From Auanema rhodensis (taxonomy: Eukaryota > Animalia > Nematoda): a stretch of 64,000 bases of DNA. Positions 14,479-28,000 of the stretch are shown here, in pieces. Positions within the stretch are counted from its first letter, which is position 1; every line of letters begins with the position of its first letter. The stretch is taken from positions 12,524,001 to 12,588,000 of the forward strand of contig OZ059899.1 of NCBI GenBank assembly GCA_964057225.1. The letters run 5' to 3'. A model generated the notes under the pieces. It ran no database searches, was not told the origin of the DNA, and worked only from the letters and a program-made list of their open reading frames with translations. The position numbers were made by a program, and so were the translations under genes.

Positions 14479-16900
14479 ACGACATCCCACCGGTTGCCAT
14501 CTTCCATCTCCATATATGTCTCCATAATCGCACTCTCTCTCTCTCTCTCTTTGTTTATTTTCCCAGAAAAAAAAGAAATGACGATATGACTCGATGATAA
14601 ATGATATATAATAATTCTCTTTAAACTTATATAATGCTATATATACTATATACTATATACTTAGATATATCTATATCTAGTTTGACAATTTGACTTAGTA
14701 GTATTCTCTGATTTCGTTGTGTTTGTTCTGTGTGCTTCATCGACGAGACAAACGCCTAGTTGCTAGAAAGCTAGAAAGCTATAAAACTTAGAATTAAAAC
14801 CTAATACTACTACTATTGCTATTACTACTACTACTACTGCTACTACTACTACTGGCACTGTTACTGATACTGAGATAATACCAGTTACCACAACTTCTGC
14901 TTCTCATTTTCAGTGTGTCTCACAAACATCTACTGCAATGAATGAAGTATCAGATGTCATTCGCTAAGTTTAACGTTTGGCTTCAAATCATGATACTTCA
15001 AGCATGCTCTCATCCCTCTCCCTCTTTTTATCTTTAACCTATTCAGAGGCTTTACTTGTTAAGCCTCATGCTGTATCAAGTTTCTAGAATTGTTTTTTCT
15101 TTTTTGTTTTATTTTTTGTCTTCAAGCTTCTTGAATTCCGCGCTTTCCATCTCTTACCGTTTGAGCGAACAAGTCCAAACGTGCGCGGTTCATCTTCAGC
15201 TTTAACTTTGCCTTCCCTTCCCTGAAGCCTCGACACGTCATCGTTTTGCGATTGTCTTCACGTCATCGTCTTGCGATTGTCGTTATTATCGTTGTCCATG
15301 TCGTCATTGTTCATTCATCTTATGTATGTGTGTTCCCTATCTATCCCAGAATACTGTTTTTAAGCGCGAATTTCTTTATATTAAGCTATGCATATAGTTA
15401 CTTATATAGGTATACTTATCAGAAAAATTTGAAAGAAAACTTTTTTCTTCACTCCTTCTACTTCTCGTCTCTTGCTTCCCATCTTGTCCTGTCCCGTATG
15501 ACATCTTACATCTTCTCTGACTTTATTTTCTTTTTTTCCTTCATCTTCTATATCTTTTTCGTTCGATCGAATGTCTCCTGCGTAGAAGTTCCTGATGAGA
15601 CATCCTCAAAATCAAAAAAACGATTGTTTTCCCAAAAAAAAAAAATAATCCGAAGATGATATTGATGAAGAAATTATGAGAAAATATGTCTAAGAAGTTG
15701 ATGAAGAAGTAGAAGAAGACGACGAACCTAGTTGTACGAGAACGCCTAATCATCTAGTGTGTTTTCAACTTTCATTCAAGCTTCTCGCTACTACTCTACT
15801 GTATATTGTTTGGAGCACGTGAGCGACACGTGAGAACGATTTTTCTTTTTATTTGAGAGCAAAGATAGAATTAAAATTTTTCTTAGCAAAAAAAAGCTGT
15901 GAATTTGTGGTTTGTGTTGCGAAAAGTCTAGCTGAACGCCGCGAAACAATTCCGATTTTTTCTTTTTTTCTTCTTCAACCCCAGTCTCTTCGTCTCTCAA
16001 TTTAAAATTTAATAAAAACTGTTTTAATTGCGTAGCACACAGACACACGTTTAACATTCACAAGATCACACATACACATACACATATACAACATATATAG
16101 TTAAAATTATTATTATACAAAGAAAATAATATTGTTTACATACACACACACACACACATATATACACACATATAGATATAGATATCATCAACTAACTATA
16201 CGTATAATATATTTTTAAATAATTTAGATTTTAACAGCGTTTTCTTCAATATAGTCACCTCTGATAATTGCTTGATTGAACACAGCTGCCTTACGTGACC
16301 TTTCACGCGAAAGTTCACGTGAATTATCAAAGTTCACGTATGCTTCATACGCACGAGTTTAAATTAAAGAATTTCTTTCCCAATTTGGATAGCCTAATGG
16401 TGTAAAGCAAGCTTTAGAAGATTTCCTTCTACTCAGACTCATCCTTCACCGTATCCCTGATACGTCCTGATGATCGGTATAGCTCTCGTGAACCTGCTTA
16501 TGATCATTATAACCAATATTATTTTAACTTTATAATTTTGTGTGTATGTGTTTATGTGTTTGTACCTCAAATTCTTATTGTTTAACGTGTTTCATGGTCG
16601 AGAGACGCGAATTGAAAAGGAAAAGCACAACCATTCATCTTAACAGCTTTCATTCTACAACATCATCCTACAATATAATCGTCTTTAACTATATCTATAT
16701 ATAGTTAAATCCTATAACATTTCTATTTTTTATGCAGCTCACCGTCGTCGTTACATGTTATATTCCACCAAATCATTGATGAGTTTTCCATCTTTTCTGA
16801 TTTTTTCTATTTCATAAAATGCATTTTTTTAGTGAAATCTAGCCACTTTTTCTACAATCTATCATCTGTAAACAATGTTTTTTCTTCAAATTATTAGCTC

Positions 16901-16906
16901 AATAAA
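16901..16906 (+). terminator. Candidate distal polyadenylation signal for paramyosin
   Basis: AATAAA followed by a T-rich tract, between the paramyosin stop (14478) and the convergent Ly-6 gene stop (17862). Other AATAAA hexamers exist in the interval. Confidence 0.3.
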
Positions 16907-17669
16907 GCAGTTTTTTTGTTATTTTTCTCTGATTGATTTCAATTTTTAACACAAAAAATCTTTTCTCTTTACTTTTGGCTCTTGGTTTTATTAAAATAAT
17001 TGTTGTTTAGCTATCACATATCTGTTTTCTTCTAATCATTCTCATTGTTTTCAAGGAATTTATTTAAGATATCCACGAACTTTCATTGTAAAATAGCTTG
17101 GAACAACATCTGTTTTATGACTAGAAAGCCGAAAAAAAAAGTTTAAGAAGTACAAAAGATTTTCAGAGGGAAATAGCAGATTTTGACATTAGCATCACAT
17201 ACATACTTGCATACATACATATGTCTGTATGTGTATACTATTCTTTATAAATATTTAATTATATTATATATATAGATAAATAAATTATACTATATATATA
17301 TATATATAGTATATATTATATAATAGTTGAGGTTGAAAGATTTATTAACCGGTACCTGAGTCATGGGGATAAATTTTACATGAACAAATATATTTTAAAC
17401 AAATTGCCGAAAAAATAAAAAGTAACCACGTACATGGAGGAACAAAAAAACAATTGTAAAGCAGAAAAATATAATATGCTAAACATATCATATAGCTAAA
17501 TTCAATTTCTTAACTTAATTTTCAAAAAATTTTGCATCTGATCACGATCATATCAAAAAGTAAAATTTGTTTTTTCATCGGTTATTATGAAAATGATTAA
17601 GGTCTTAAGTTCGAAGAAGGAAAAGGAAAAGGATAGTATATAATTATTATAAATAACTAGATAGAAAAT

Positions 17670-17705
<36 letters not shown>

Positions 17706-17861
17706 GGGATGGAAGTGTGGGAGGATGATTAACGGAAAAGACAAAATAAGCCTAAAATTTCAATCACATTATTACTCAATGAGGTATAATTTAATCAAAT
17801 AAAAAAAAGAAAAAAAGAATATAAACAAAGCATATGAAATAAATTATTATATATTATATAG

Positions 17862-19000
17862 TTAAATCAAATATATAGCTAAGAGAATTGCCAGTAAAAT
17901 TTGAAAATTTCGAACAAGATCTCCATTCACATTTGATGTACGGAAATTGCATCCATTATCGGTACAGGAACATACCTAAAATTGCTCAAGATGTTCCTAT
18001 AATTCTTTGCAAAAAATTAAAGAAACAAGTGAAGAAAAAAGATTTCTTCCATGAAAATGTTTGTAAAATAAAACTTAAAACTTACTTTAACTACTTCATT
18101 AGCTTGAACTTGAGGATAGATATCTGACATATGTAACGATACACATAATGGTTCTTTATGTAATACATCAATCTGTAACAAATTAATATTTTTGTTTAAA
18201 GCTTTAAGGTTGTATCTCCAAGTTCTATGATTTAAGGTTCTATCTTCAAGTTCTAAGCTTCAAGCATATGTTTAAATAAAAAATATATTCTTGATAATGA
18301 TAGTTAATATTCAAAATTTTAAGTTTAATTGCTAACAAACCTCACGAGGACGTAATGACATTGATTCAAATATTCTATCAGCACATCCTCTAATGAATAG
18401 AAAAGGCTTGTTAATTGATTGTAAACCTATAATATTCTGATTATATTAGAACTAATAATTAAAATAAAAGTATATAACTATAATCATATAGTTATTATAG
18501 TTAATCAATTGTTTTTACCTCCAAAAAACTGGGGTTCATAGACTGTTATACAGGTACTCATACATGTCTCCATAGGAGCAATTGCTCTAATTGAATCTTC
18601 TGAATCACAAAATCGATCAAAATGTGGTGGAGTTCTGAATATGAAGACGTATGGTTACGATCATAGCCGTAGATATACCTAGCTGTTCTTCCAAAATTTG
18701 AGCTACGTTCTAACAACATGCGATATTCTGCTGAAGCACAAGAGTAGCATCTGAAGAGATTTTATATATTTTATGATTTCAAAGATATTTTTTTTCTTTT
18801 TTTGATCAGATTTTACACATTTTAATGAATTTTATATTGTATCGTGGTATAGTTAAGTTGAAGTTTTCAGACGAAAAACTATGAAACTCCCTAGAATTGT
18901 TTTGTCTGTTTCAATTGACATGCTAGCTACTTTTCAAAGAAAAAAGAACAATCTTTTCTACGTTAAGAAGTTCATCATGAATACAATTCTTTCTTTCTCT

Positions 19001-19053
<53 letters not shown>

Positions 19054-21411
19054 CCCTCCCCTCTCTCTCTCTCTTTCTTTCTCTCTTTCTCTCTCTCTTC
19101 ATTCACCTCCTATTCTCTCTAATCCAACTCTTGCAAGACAATCCATTTATGGGGACGAAAAGAAGAAATACAACCAATAGGCAACCGGATAGCGAGCAAC
19201 CTCATCACATCCATTATCTCATTCCAACTACTTCTATTCGTTGTCATCATCTTACTTATTCTACTTCTCATTCTGCTCCTCCCTCAAGGTCTTCGAACTT
19301 CAATGCTCTCATCGTCTTTCTTTGCTCTCCATCAGCCAATCTCTCTCTCTATCTCTTTCCACTATAAGTTAGGAATAGTATCATTCACTTCTACTCATAT
19401 CCATTCCTTAAAGTCTTCCGTGTTTCAATCGGTCAACTTCTTTCAATCTCCTTTGTCTTTTCAATTCATCCAGCCAATCCAAGCTACAGGATGGATTAGC
19501 AGCACATCTAACGAGAAACTGATGATACAACACAAACGAAAGAATTGAACAGACAAAATGACTCAAAAGGCATTTTGTTCATTTGCAAAGCAAAAAATCA
19601 GCAGAAGTTATCAAACAATGAATTCCCAAAAGATTAAGGTATTCTTCTCTCTAAACACTCCTTATCAATCGGCTCTCTTCCTTCCGTATTTTCTCTCCCT
19701 CTAACTACTCTCTCTCTCTCTGTTACTCTCATACACACACAGAATATATTTTTCTCGTTTAGCCTCTGGCAGAATTTTTTTTTATATTTTTGAACAAAAA
19801 AATAAAATAATTTAACTATTTTCTAAATATTATATCATATATCTATAAAATATAACAGAAAATAGATTATAGTAATATAGTATATCTACATATATTATAA
19901 TAAATAATAATAAAAATTTAAAAAAAAAAAAAAAATAAAATAAGAAATAAATCAAAAATATATAATTAAATAGAATATGATGATAAGATTAAGATTAAAT
20001 GAATATTATTTATATAAAGATCATTAGGTTTCAAACTTGAGAGATCATTGAAGATTACGAAACCCATATTATTACTTCTCAAGAACTATTCATAATTCCA
20101 ATATAATTACATTTTTGATTTAGACCTTTAAAAATGTTTATAATTTATAAATAATATATTCTCATGTGTATAGAAATATGTTCTAAACACGTGAATAATT
20201 ATCATAAAAACTTTAAAAACATGAAAAATATTTCTTTTTTTTTTTAAATTGAAATTCAAGGTTCGGTTGCATTTGCGTGTGTTCGCTCTTTTTCTTTTAT
20301 TTCTTCTTTTTGTTTTATTTTTATTCAGTAACTTCTACTAAACATGATTTATACCAATTACATTATATTTACTCATCTGGAAGAGAAGGATGATACAACA
20401 TCATCTACATCATCTTAGATTTTCGATCAGAAAAAAAAAAGCTAATAGAGCATCTGTGTCAATGTTCTTGTTATCGGCTTATGCTCAATCTCATTCGTTT
20501 TTCTTTTCTTTTATTTTTTTTTTGATTCAGTTCAACAGCGGCAATAGCCCTTCAGTTAGCAACCAAGACACACTACCAGCAGCACCAGCAAAAGCAGAAG
20601 CAGAAGCTATGCAATAGCAGCAAGTTGCTGTAGCAGCAGATTGTTGTGTATTTTTTTTCTTTAAAATAAACAATCATGACTTAATTCTGCTTTTTAGTCA
20701 AATTGATATCTTCAACTGTTGTTAGTGTTCCGATATCATTTGTGAAGATGGTAGACAAGCGAGTCGAGCGGCTGACTAAAGTTAGTGAAGTAACAACTTC
20801 ATTGAATAGCCAGCACATGATGAGAAAAGCTCTACTACTTAGAATTACAACAAATATTGAAATCAACAGAAAGATAATGATAGACCATTCCTAGATGTCT
20901 GGCTCTTGTCTTGACTTCTTGTCCCTCAAAAGGATTTCTTGAAAATGAGAACAATTGATGTCTAATGAACAACTATCATCTCAACCACATTTCAACACAA
21001 AATTTCAATTGAAAGCTTAATCGTGTATGTATTCAGTTGAAAAATCACAAAAAGAATAAGTTCATGTGGTCAAGAACAAAAAAAAAGATGAAAAAGAGCT
21101 TAAGAGTGAAGAGAAAACGAGAGATGAATCGAGAGAGAGGGAGAGAGAGAGAGAATGAGCTATGTATATCGTATATGATTGGGAAAGAAAACGGGAAAAA
21201 AAGAATTAGAAAGCTGAAAAGGAAGCTGGATTTGACTTGAAAAAAAGTTATATAAACCTTAAAACCTTCGTGGGTTTCTTGTTCAAAAGAGAAAAAAAAT
21301 GGAGGAAATGAGAGTTTTCATATGCTACCGCAGGATATCCGTCTAATACAAAATGTAATCTGCTGTTTTGAATTACCGGATTAAAATGGTTCACTAAAGT
21401 ATAAAAGTGAA

Positions 21412-21459
<48 letters not shown>

Positions 21460-21460
21460 A

Positions 21461-21492
<32 letters not shown>

Positions 21493-21840
21493 AAGAGAGA
21501 GAATATACTTTTGCAAGCCAATATAGGTACATAACTCAGACATACAGGAAACCAAACAACAGGCAAGTATGTTCACAAGAACTTTCATTAAAAAGAAAAA
21601 AAATATTTTATGTGATTATTGATTTTTCTTTTTATTTGTAAAATAAATCGATATTTCCATAAAGTTTTTGTCCATAACATTCTTATTGGGACAAAGAATT
21701 TTGAAGAAAAATGAAGGAAAAAGAACGAATATTAGATAGTTTATAAAGAGAAAGGATTTGAAATGTATAAGAAGGAAACAGAGATTATGTAAAGAGTCAA
21801 CAAGTAAGTTGAATGAAATAGAGAGAGAAATGGACGTTAA

Positions 21841-21897
<57 letters not shown>

Positions 21898-22284
21898 GAG
21901 AGAGAGAGAATGAATGAATATGAGAGGTGAAAAAAGAAATGATTTGTTTATAAAAACCGAAAAGAAGATGACAAAAGTATGGATAATGTGTAAGAAATGA
22001 ATAACTATTTGTAATATAATTTGATGGAAAAGCTGTGAAAAACGAAGTTTTTCTGCCGTTTAATCGCTTGTAAACTGCTAGTTGATTGAGTAAAAGAGTC
22101 TGTTGTGTTTTGAAGATTTGATCTTGTTAGCTACGACTATCATCAGATTCACACGTCAGATCAAATGAAATGGCATAGCTCATACTCACACTACATATGC
22201 ATACATATAGTTAAAATGTACAAACCTGAGAGCTTGAACGGCTGGCTGATAGAGGAATACAAGTATTAGATGCCAAAGAAACAT
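17862..22284 (-). CDS. HOT/ODR-2 family Ly-6-related, predicted GPI-anchored protein
   Basis: Minus-strand exons 22226-22284, 18679-18750, 18519-18634, 18341-18426, 18086-18172, 17862-17975 give MFLWHLILVFLYQPAVQALRCYSCASAEYRMLLERSSNFGRTARTPPHFDRFCDSEDSIRAIAPMETCMSTCITVYEPQFFGGLQSINKPFLFIRGCADRIFESMSLRPREIDVLHKEPLCVSLHMSDIYPQVQANEVVKVCSCTDNGCNFRTSNVNGDLVRNFQILLAILLAIYLI*. It has a signal peptide, 10 Cys, the CYSC...RGC...CSCxxxxCN pattern and a hydrophobic tail. Confidence 0.9.
21411..21502. repeat. Interrupted (GA)n microsatellite
   Basis: Seen directly; abuts the candidate alternative exon donor. Confidence 0.95.
21509..21588 (-). CDS. Candidate alternative first coding exon of the HOT/Ly-6 gene
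   Basis: ATG...MKVLVNILACCLVSCMSELCTYIGLQ plus AA|gtatat donor. Phase 2, so it joins exon 18679-18750 in frame as ...GLQKCYSC. Confidence 0.45.
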
Positions 22285-22425
22285 ATTACTCCTACGAAAA
22301 GGCTGTAGAAGACGTTTGGATGAGCCCGAAATTCAATTCTGAAGACGTAAATGAAGGGACGTGACGTCGTCTGATTATCCTCTACGATGAGGAGTTCTTA
22401 TAGCTGTGAGAGAGAGAAAGATAGA

Positions 22426-22456
<31 letters not shown>

Positions 22457-23057
22457 GGAGGAGGAGGAATAACGTGCCAGAATCTGTATTATTGATATAA
22501 GATGTGAGAAATTGTATGAAACTAGGTAATTGAATGCAGTGAAGACGTTCAACGAGCACGTTGAAGCGTGAGCTGGCTGGGCGGAGTCAGAGAGTTTGGA
22601 GCGACTGCAGACTATTTCAAGACGGTGAAAATACCAAGTCCCGCCTTCTGGGTCTCTCTATATTCTATCTTTCTCCCTTTCCTAGCTTCATGCAGTATGT
22701 GTCTATGTGTCTAGACTCTCTCAGCTTGCAATGCTCTATGCGATATCTCTAGCTTCTCGTTCACTTACATCTCTATCTATTGCTCTCTTTCTTTCTTTTC
22801 TCTCTCTCTCTCTCTCTCTCTCTCCCTCTCTCTTTCTCGCTCTCTTTTTCTTTCTCTCTTGTTCTTTTTCTAATTCTCATTCTCCCAACAAGCTCATCCT
22901 TGTTACTATCTATTTCAATCTTCCCCTTCTTCGTTTAAGAAGGAAAAGGCTCTGAATGAGAGACAAAAGCTCAGTTTGGCCTACAGACTCGATGAAGTGT
23001 GTGTGTGTGTGTGTGTTTAGGATGTAAGAAACAAGTAGAAGAAGATGGAAGATGAGG

Positions 23058-23276
23058 TTAGAAGACGACGAAAGAGTCTGAATTGAAAACTTTCACATCT
23101 GGATCTGTTTCCGTTCCATCATCTAATAGAAGCATCTTCAACAAACCTTCTCGTTCATAGAGAATTTCCGAACAATTTTCCTGACCGTTTACACATATCT
23201 TTTCCATCGGAATACAACACGTGTGGATTATATTCCATTTGTATAATATCATTGAAATTATACGATCACAAAGCAT
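23058..23276 (-). CDS. Putative small single-exon protein (72 aa), unknown function
   Basis: MLCDRIISMILYKWNIIHTCCIPMEKICVNGQENCSEILYEREGLLKMLLLDDGTETDPDVKVFNSDSFVVF*. Non-repetitive, with an AG acceptor (ttatatag) 7 nt before the ATG. No family recognised. Confidence 0.35.
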   Translation of the reverse strand: MLCDRIISMILYKWNIIHTCCIPMEKICVNGQENCSEILYEREGLLKMLLLDDGTETDPDVKVFNSDSFVVF

Positions 23277-24280
23277 AGTTAATCTATATAATAGCATAAA
23301 TCTTATTTTCAGTAAAAACGAAGAAGGAAATAATTTTTTTCGAACAAAAAATACTGAGCGTATCCTTACAACTTGATTACAACATTGAAACATGAAGAAC
23401 TTTTTCTAAAATATTTGTATAAGAATGAATTTCATAGTTGAATTTCCAGTATATGCTATATATGTACTAGAAATATAAGCATAATATACATATAATGATG
23501 ATGATATGTATATATTCAAGATACAAAAATTTATTTTTCTTTCAAGAGAACTATGAATGAAGTTGCTTAAAAGCTTCAAGCTTATTATGTTCATCTGAAT
23601 AAACTTTATATTAATAGCATCCGGATGATGATGATGACGATGTGAACGTGTAGTTAGTATAGTATAAACTATGTAAGAATTTTCTAAAAGAACAATACTA
23701 ATACTGTATATTTCATAAGAAGGTTAACGAATTTAAGTCAATATAACAAATTTATTAACAATTTTGGACTCAGACTCTTTATTTTAAAAAAAATTAAAAA
23801 TTCCAAAAAAAAACTTTTTTTGGTATAAATAAATGTTTTTTATATGTACATAATATATATTTGTTCTAACTGTTTCTTCTAAAACATTTTTTTTCAAAAC
23901 AAACTTGAAATATTTGAATGAAACACCTGTTAACTATGGATTAATGATTAGCTAGTCCACTCTTTACAATAGCTAATCTTCACAAATTCATACTTCAGTC
24001 TAAATTAAGTTTTAAATTTTAATATTTGTAGTTTCTTAGTTCATTATATATAATGACTTCATACGTCTTATTATGTTTTCTTTCAAAAAATAAAATGTTG
24101 ATGGTGTTTTGTACCATAAACATTCTTTTCAATTTTCGTGTCGAGCAACATCTAAGAGACCAAAAAAACTATTTTCATACACAACGGTGATTCGCTAATC
24201 AGATACAGAGTTATAAGCATGTGAAGAAGAAAAACCAGAACAAAAAAAAAGATAAATTGTCGAATATCTTGACTTGAGAC

Positions 24281-24617
24281 CTCTCTATATAATATTCATC
24301 TTGACTGCACCGTATATCGTATAGGTTACCTTTTTTTTTCTTGTTTTTACCAGTTTTCAAATCTCTCTATATAATATTCATCTTGACTTCACCGTATATC
24401 GTATAGGTTACCTTTTTTTTTCTAGTTTTTACCAGTTTTCAAATCTCTCTATATAACATTTATCTTGACTTCACCGTATATCGTATAGGTTACCTTTTTT
24501 TTTCTAGTTTTTACCAGTTTTCAAATCTCTCTATATAACATTTATCTTGACTTCACCGTATATCGTATAGGTTACCTTTTTTTTTCTAGTTTTTACCAGT
24601 TTTCAAATCTCTCTATA
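24281..24617. repeat. 82-bp tandem repeat, 4 full copies plus a partial copy
   Basis: Unit ctctctatataaYattYatcttgactKcaccgtatatcgtataggttacctttttttttctWgtttttaccagttttcaaat starts at 24281, 24363, 24445, 24527 and (partial) 24609. Confidence 0.95.
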
Positions 24618-25051
24618 ATATTTAGAATATTGAAATTAAATATTTTTTCATTTAAACATATAACATGATTGTAAAACTTTATATAATTATTTCTTTGAAA
24701 TATGAAAAACAACCGCATCGCACATATGCAACGAAATAAATGAAAAATCACGTAATTCACGTGACTTCGTCTTGTAGAACTACATTGCAAACCCATCTCA
24801 TATACCGTACCATGGGGAAACTAATAATAATTTGAACTTTTCGTAAATAATACGGGGTGAAGGGCATGAAAAAATAAATATGTACAAAAATAATGAATAT
24901 AGTACCCGAGGATATACAAATATATGAAATTTTTCAATTCTAATATACAGATAACTGGAACATGGCGAGTTACAGAAGACCCGAAGGCCTTTTTGAGAAT
25001 CATGAATGCATTTCTTAGCCTATAAGTTAAGTGTACAGCGCATCACACAAC

Positions 25052-28000
25052 TTATTTCTTATTTCGAATTCCCAACAAACTTGCTAATGAATATTCCGTA
25101 ACTATGCTAGCTATACTTTCCAATGGCCTATGCGCATCCCTTAAATCAGGCTTTGCTTATATGCGTCAAGTTAATAAGAATAGTTTACCTGATTTTCGGC
25201 ACAATATTTAAAATGAACTTTTCAACTGTATCCACTCCACCAGATCCACCAGATCCACCAGAACCACCACCAGTTTGACCTCTGAAGCCTCGGTTCTCCT
25301 GTCCAGGTACCCAGTTAGGTGGTGGAGGCTTAGGCAATGGTAAGCCGGAATCTTCAAAAAGAAATTATATGGTTACATGCTAATGAAGCTTATTCGTGCC
25401 TTTGATGAATCGTATCGTGAAACCAGTTTCGTAATCCAAAATAGTTGGATCAGTGAAGATTAAGATTTCGGATTGATCAGATGTGACGGTGTATTCTTGT
25501 TCAGGACAGCTGAAACCATATAGTTAAGAAATTGTATTTCAATTTTGGCGTCTTTAGTGAAGCTCACGCTTCAACGTGCTCTTTGAGCCTCTTCACAGCG
25601 ATATAGTAGTAACAACATACCATACACGGAATCCTGTCTGTTGGAAATCAGAATTATGCTTAATCTCAACATATGCTTTACAAGTTGATTCACAACGATA
25701 TGTTACATTACTTAATATAAACTTGATTCGAGCGTTATCAGTCTGTAATCCAAGAAAATGTTTCACTTTATAGTACAAAAATCATTATTGAATAACCTTA
25801 ATTCGCCAATAGCAACGTTTCTTTCCACGATGTGCAAGCTCTTGCCACATTGGTGCTGCAAGAAGATCACCACCACAAGCACCTTCACCTGAATCAAGAT
25901 AACAATGTAGATGAGAAGGAAAAATTGTTTTAGAAAAAGAAAAAATTCTTTCGTCTTCTTCTCGAAGAAGCAAGGAAAAGAAAAATTGATTACTTTGAGG
26001 TACAGCATCGCAGTGAATTCCACCTAAACCTGGAGGGCATTTGCATCTCCTGCAGTTATTTGGATCTGGATATCCACCATTTCTACATTTCAGAGCATTC
26101 TTTGGACAAACATCTGAATAACAATGAAATTCATAGATTTCATGCTTTCATTTCAAACCAACCATTACAGTATAGACGATTAACTTGTTTCACATCAATG
26201 AATGATGGTTGTACACGTTGTCCAATAGTTCTTTGATAGTTCTTATCTCTTGTTTGAATTGTGATTTCATCCCAATCTTTAGTGAAAGCCTGTTAAATTA
26301 AATTTTAAACTTTAAAGCATATGTTCAGCTAAGGTTGTATACCGATGGGCCATAATGCATAACACTTCCAAGATCATATGGTAGACCCATGTCTTCAATC
26401 TCATCTTTCGTACGTCGCTCAAAGTTTCCGTTAGTTCCCTTGATAATCCAATCTTTTCTATAAAATGTTTTGTTGAAATTAGATGAAAGCTAAAGCATTG
26501 TGAATGAAGTACTTTATATAGATGTAGTCGTCACGATCTGGACGTGATTGTTCATGCCAGAACCCAAGAGAATGACCAACTTCATGAGTCACAATACCTT
26601 TCTAAACATTTTCAATTGATTATTGACTGATTGATCATCATCAAACTCACGTCTTCACAACCATAGCCGATAGAGATGAGTTGAGAGCCTCCTGTACGTC
26701 CAACACTGGAATAGCAGCCACCACCGCGGAAAAACACGACGTAATCCTTGCCAGCAGCATTTTCTTTCCAGCGGACACATGTTTCACTTTCCCAGTGGTT
26801 AAGAGCTGACTGGATGAGTTTCTTCCATTTATCTTCAAATTATTTTGTTGAATGAAGTTGGTATCATATGCTGTATACCATCTCCTCCCTTGAATCTATA
26901 AGGAATTGGTCCTTTTGGCCAACGATAGACAGAACCAGTGATGACTTTACGCTTTCCACGTCGTAAGCCTCCGCGACGAACTTGCTCAGCAGCCATTATA
27001 ACTCTAAGAAATATGATTATTTAGAAAGAAATAATAGATAAACTGATGATGTTACCCTTGCATTTGATCCATTGTTAGAACCATATCACTTTCGAATAGC
27101 TTATTCGTTAATGGCCGATTAGCTCCAAGTTCAGTTCCATCATATTGAGGAGAAAGCAACTGTGGAGAATCCTGAAGCACATACCTAACTAGAAAGAAAC
27201 ATACAGAGAGACTTACGAATGCTGGTGCTCCAACACTTGAAACTTGATTAGGTGGAGCCATTGCTTCAAAGAAATGTTCCATCAATGATTGAACAGCAGA
27301 ATAATCGTGTTGGCCTCTATGACTATCCGAAAATGAAACAATTTCTCTGATCATCTACAAAGAAATTCTCAATTTTATTCAAAAGTTCTAAGTTAAACTT
27401 ACGCTTGCAGCATTATGCGCTAATAGTTTGTTGTCACCTTTAGGAACATATGGTGCCAATGTTGGTCCTGGCAAATGGGGTGCAGCTATAGTTGGTGGAG
27501 GAAGTGTTGGGAAAAACGTTGGAAAAGTTGGAAATACAGCTGGTGTAGGAGCTGGTGGAGGTGCATGCTGGACAACGAATGGCTGTATTGGAGCATACTG
27601 GACAGGTGCTACTGGAGCCATACTGTACGGAAGAGCAGGAGCACCTTGTTGCTGCTGGTACATATACATCGATGGAGCATCCTGAGCAACAAACTGTTGC
27701 TGTTGTTGTTGTGGATAAACAACAGGCTGAATATGTTGACTGAAATGAAAATATCTAAATCTAAACAAACAGAGGAAAGTTGACAGTTATAGGATGAAAA
27801 TTATTTTTGTAACAACTTTTAAGCTTGAAAATATTTATTTTTTACAAAAAAAAATGGTAGAATATAAGAAATATGTAATTAGATTCTTTCTAATTCTAAA
27901 AAATATTTTAAAATTTTTAGACATTGCGACCATTTTTCTAATTTTTTTGCTTCTTTTTTAAAGAATTTTTATAAAAAAAAAACAAAAAATAAGAGGAATT

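Noticed and set aside
20369-20402. Third phase-2 first exon for the HOT gene (MMLYHPSLPDE)
   Set aside because: No hydrophobic signal sequence and a weak donor.
24281-24617. CRISPR array or SL RNA gene cluster
   Set aside because: Units are contiguous with no unique spacers, the context is eukaryotic, and no splice donor or Sm site follows the leader-like segment.
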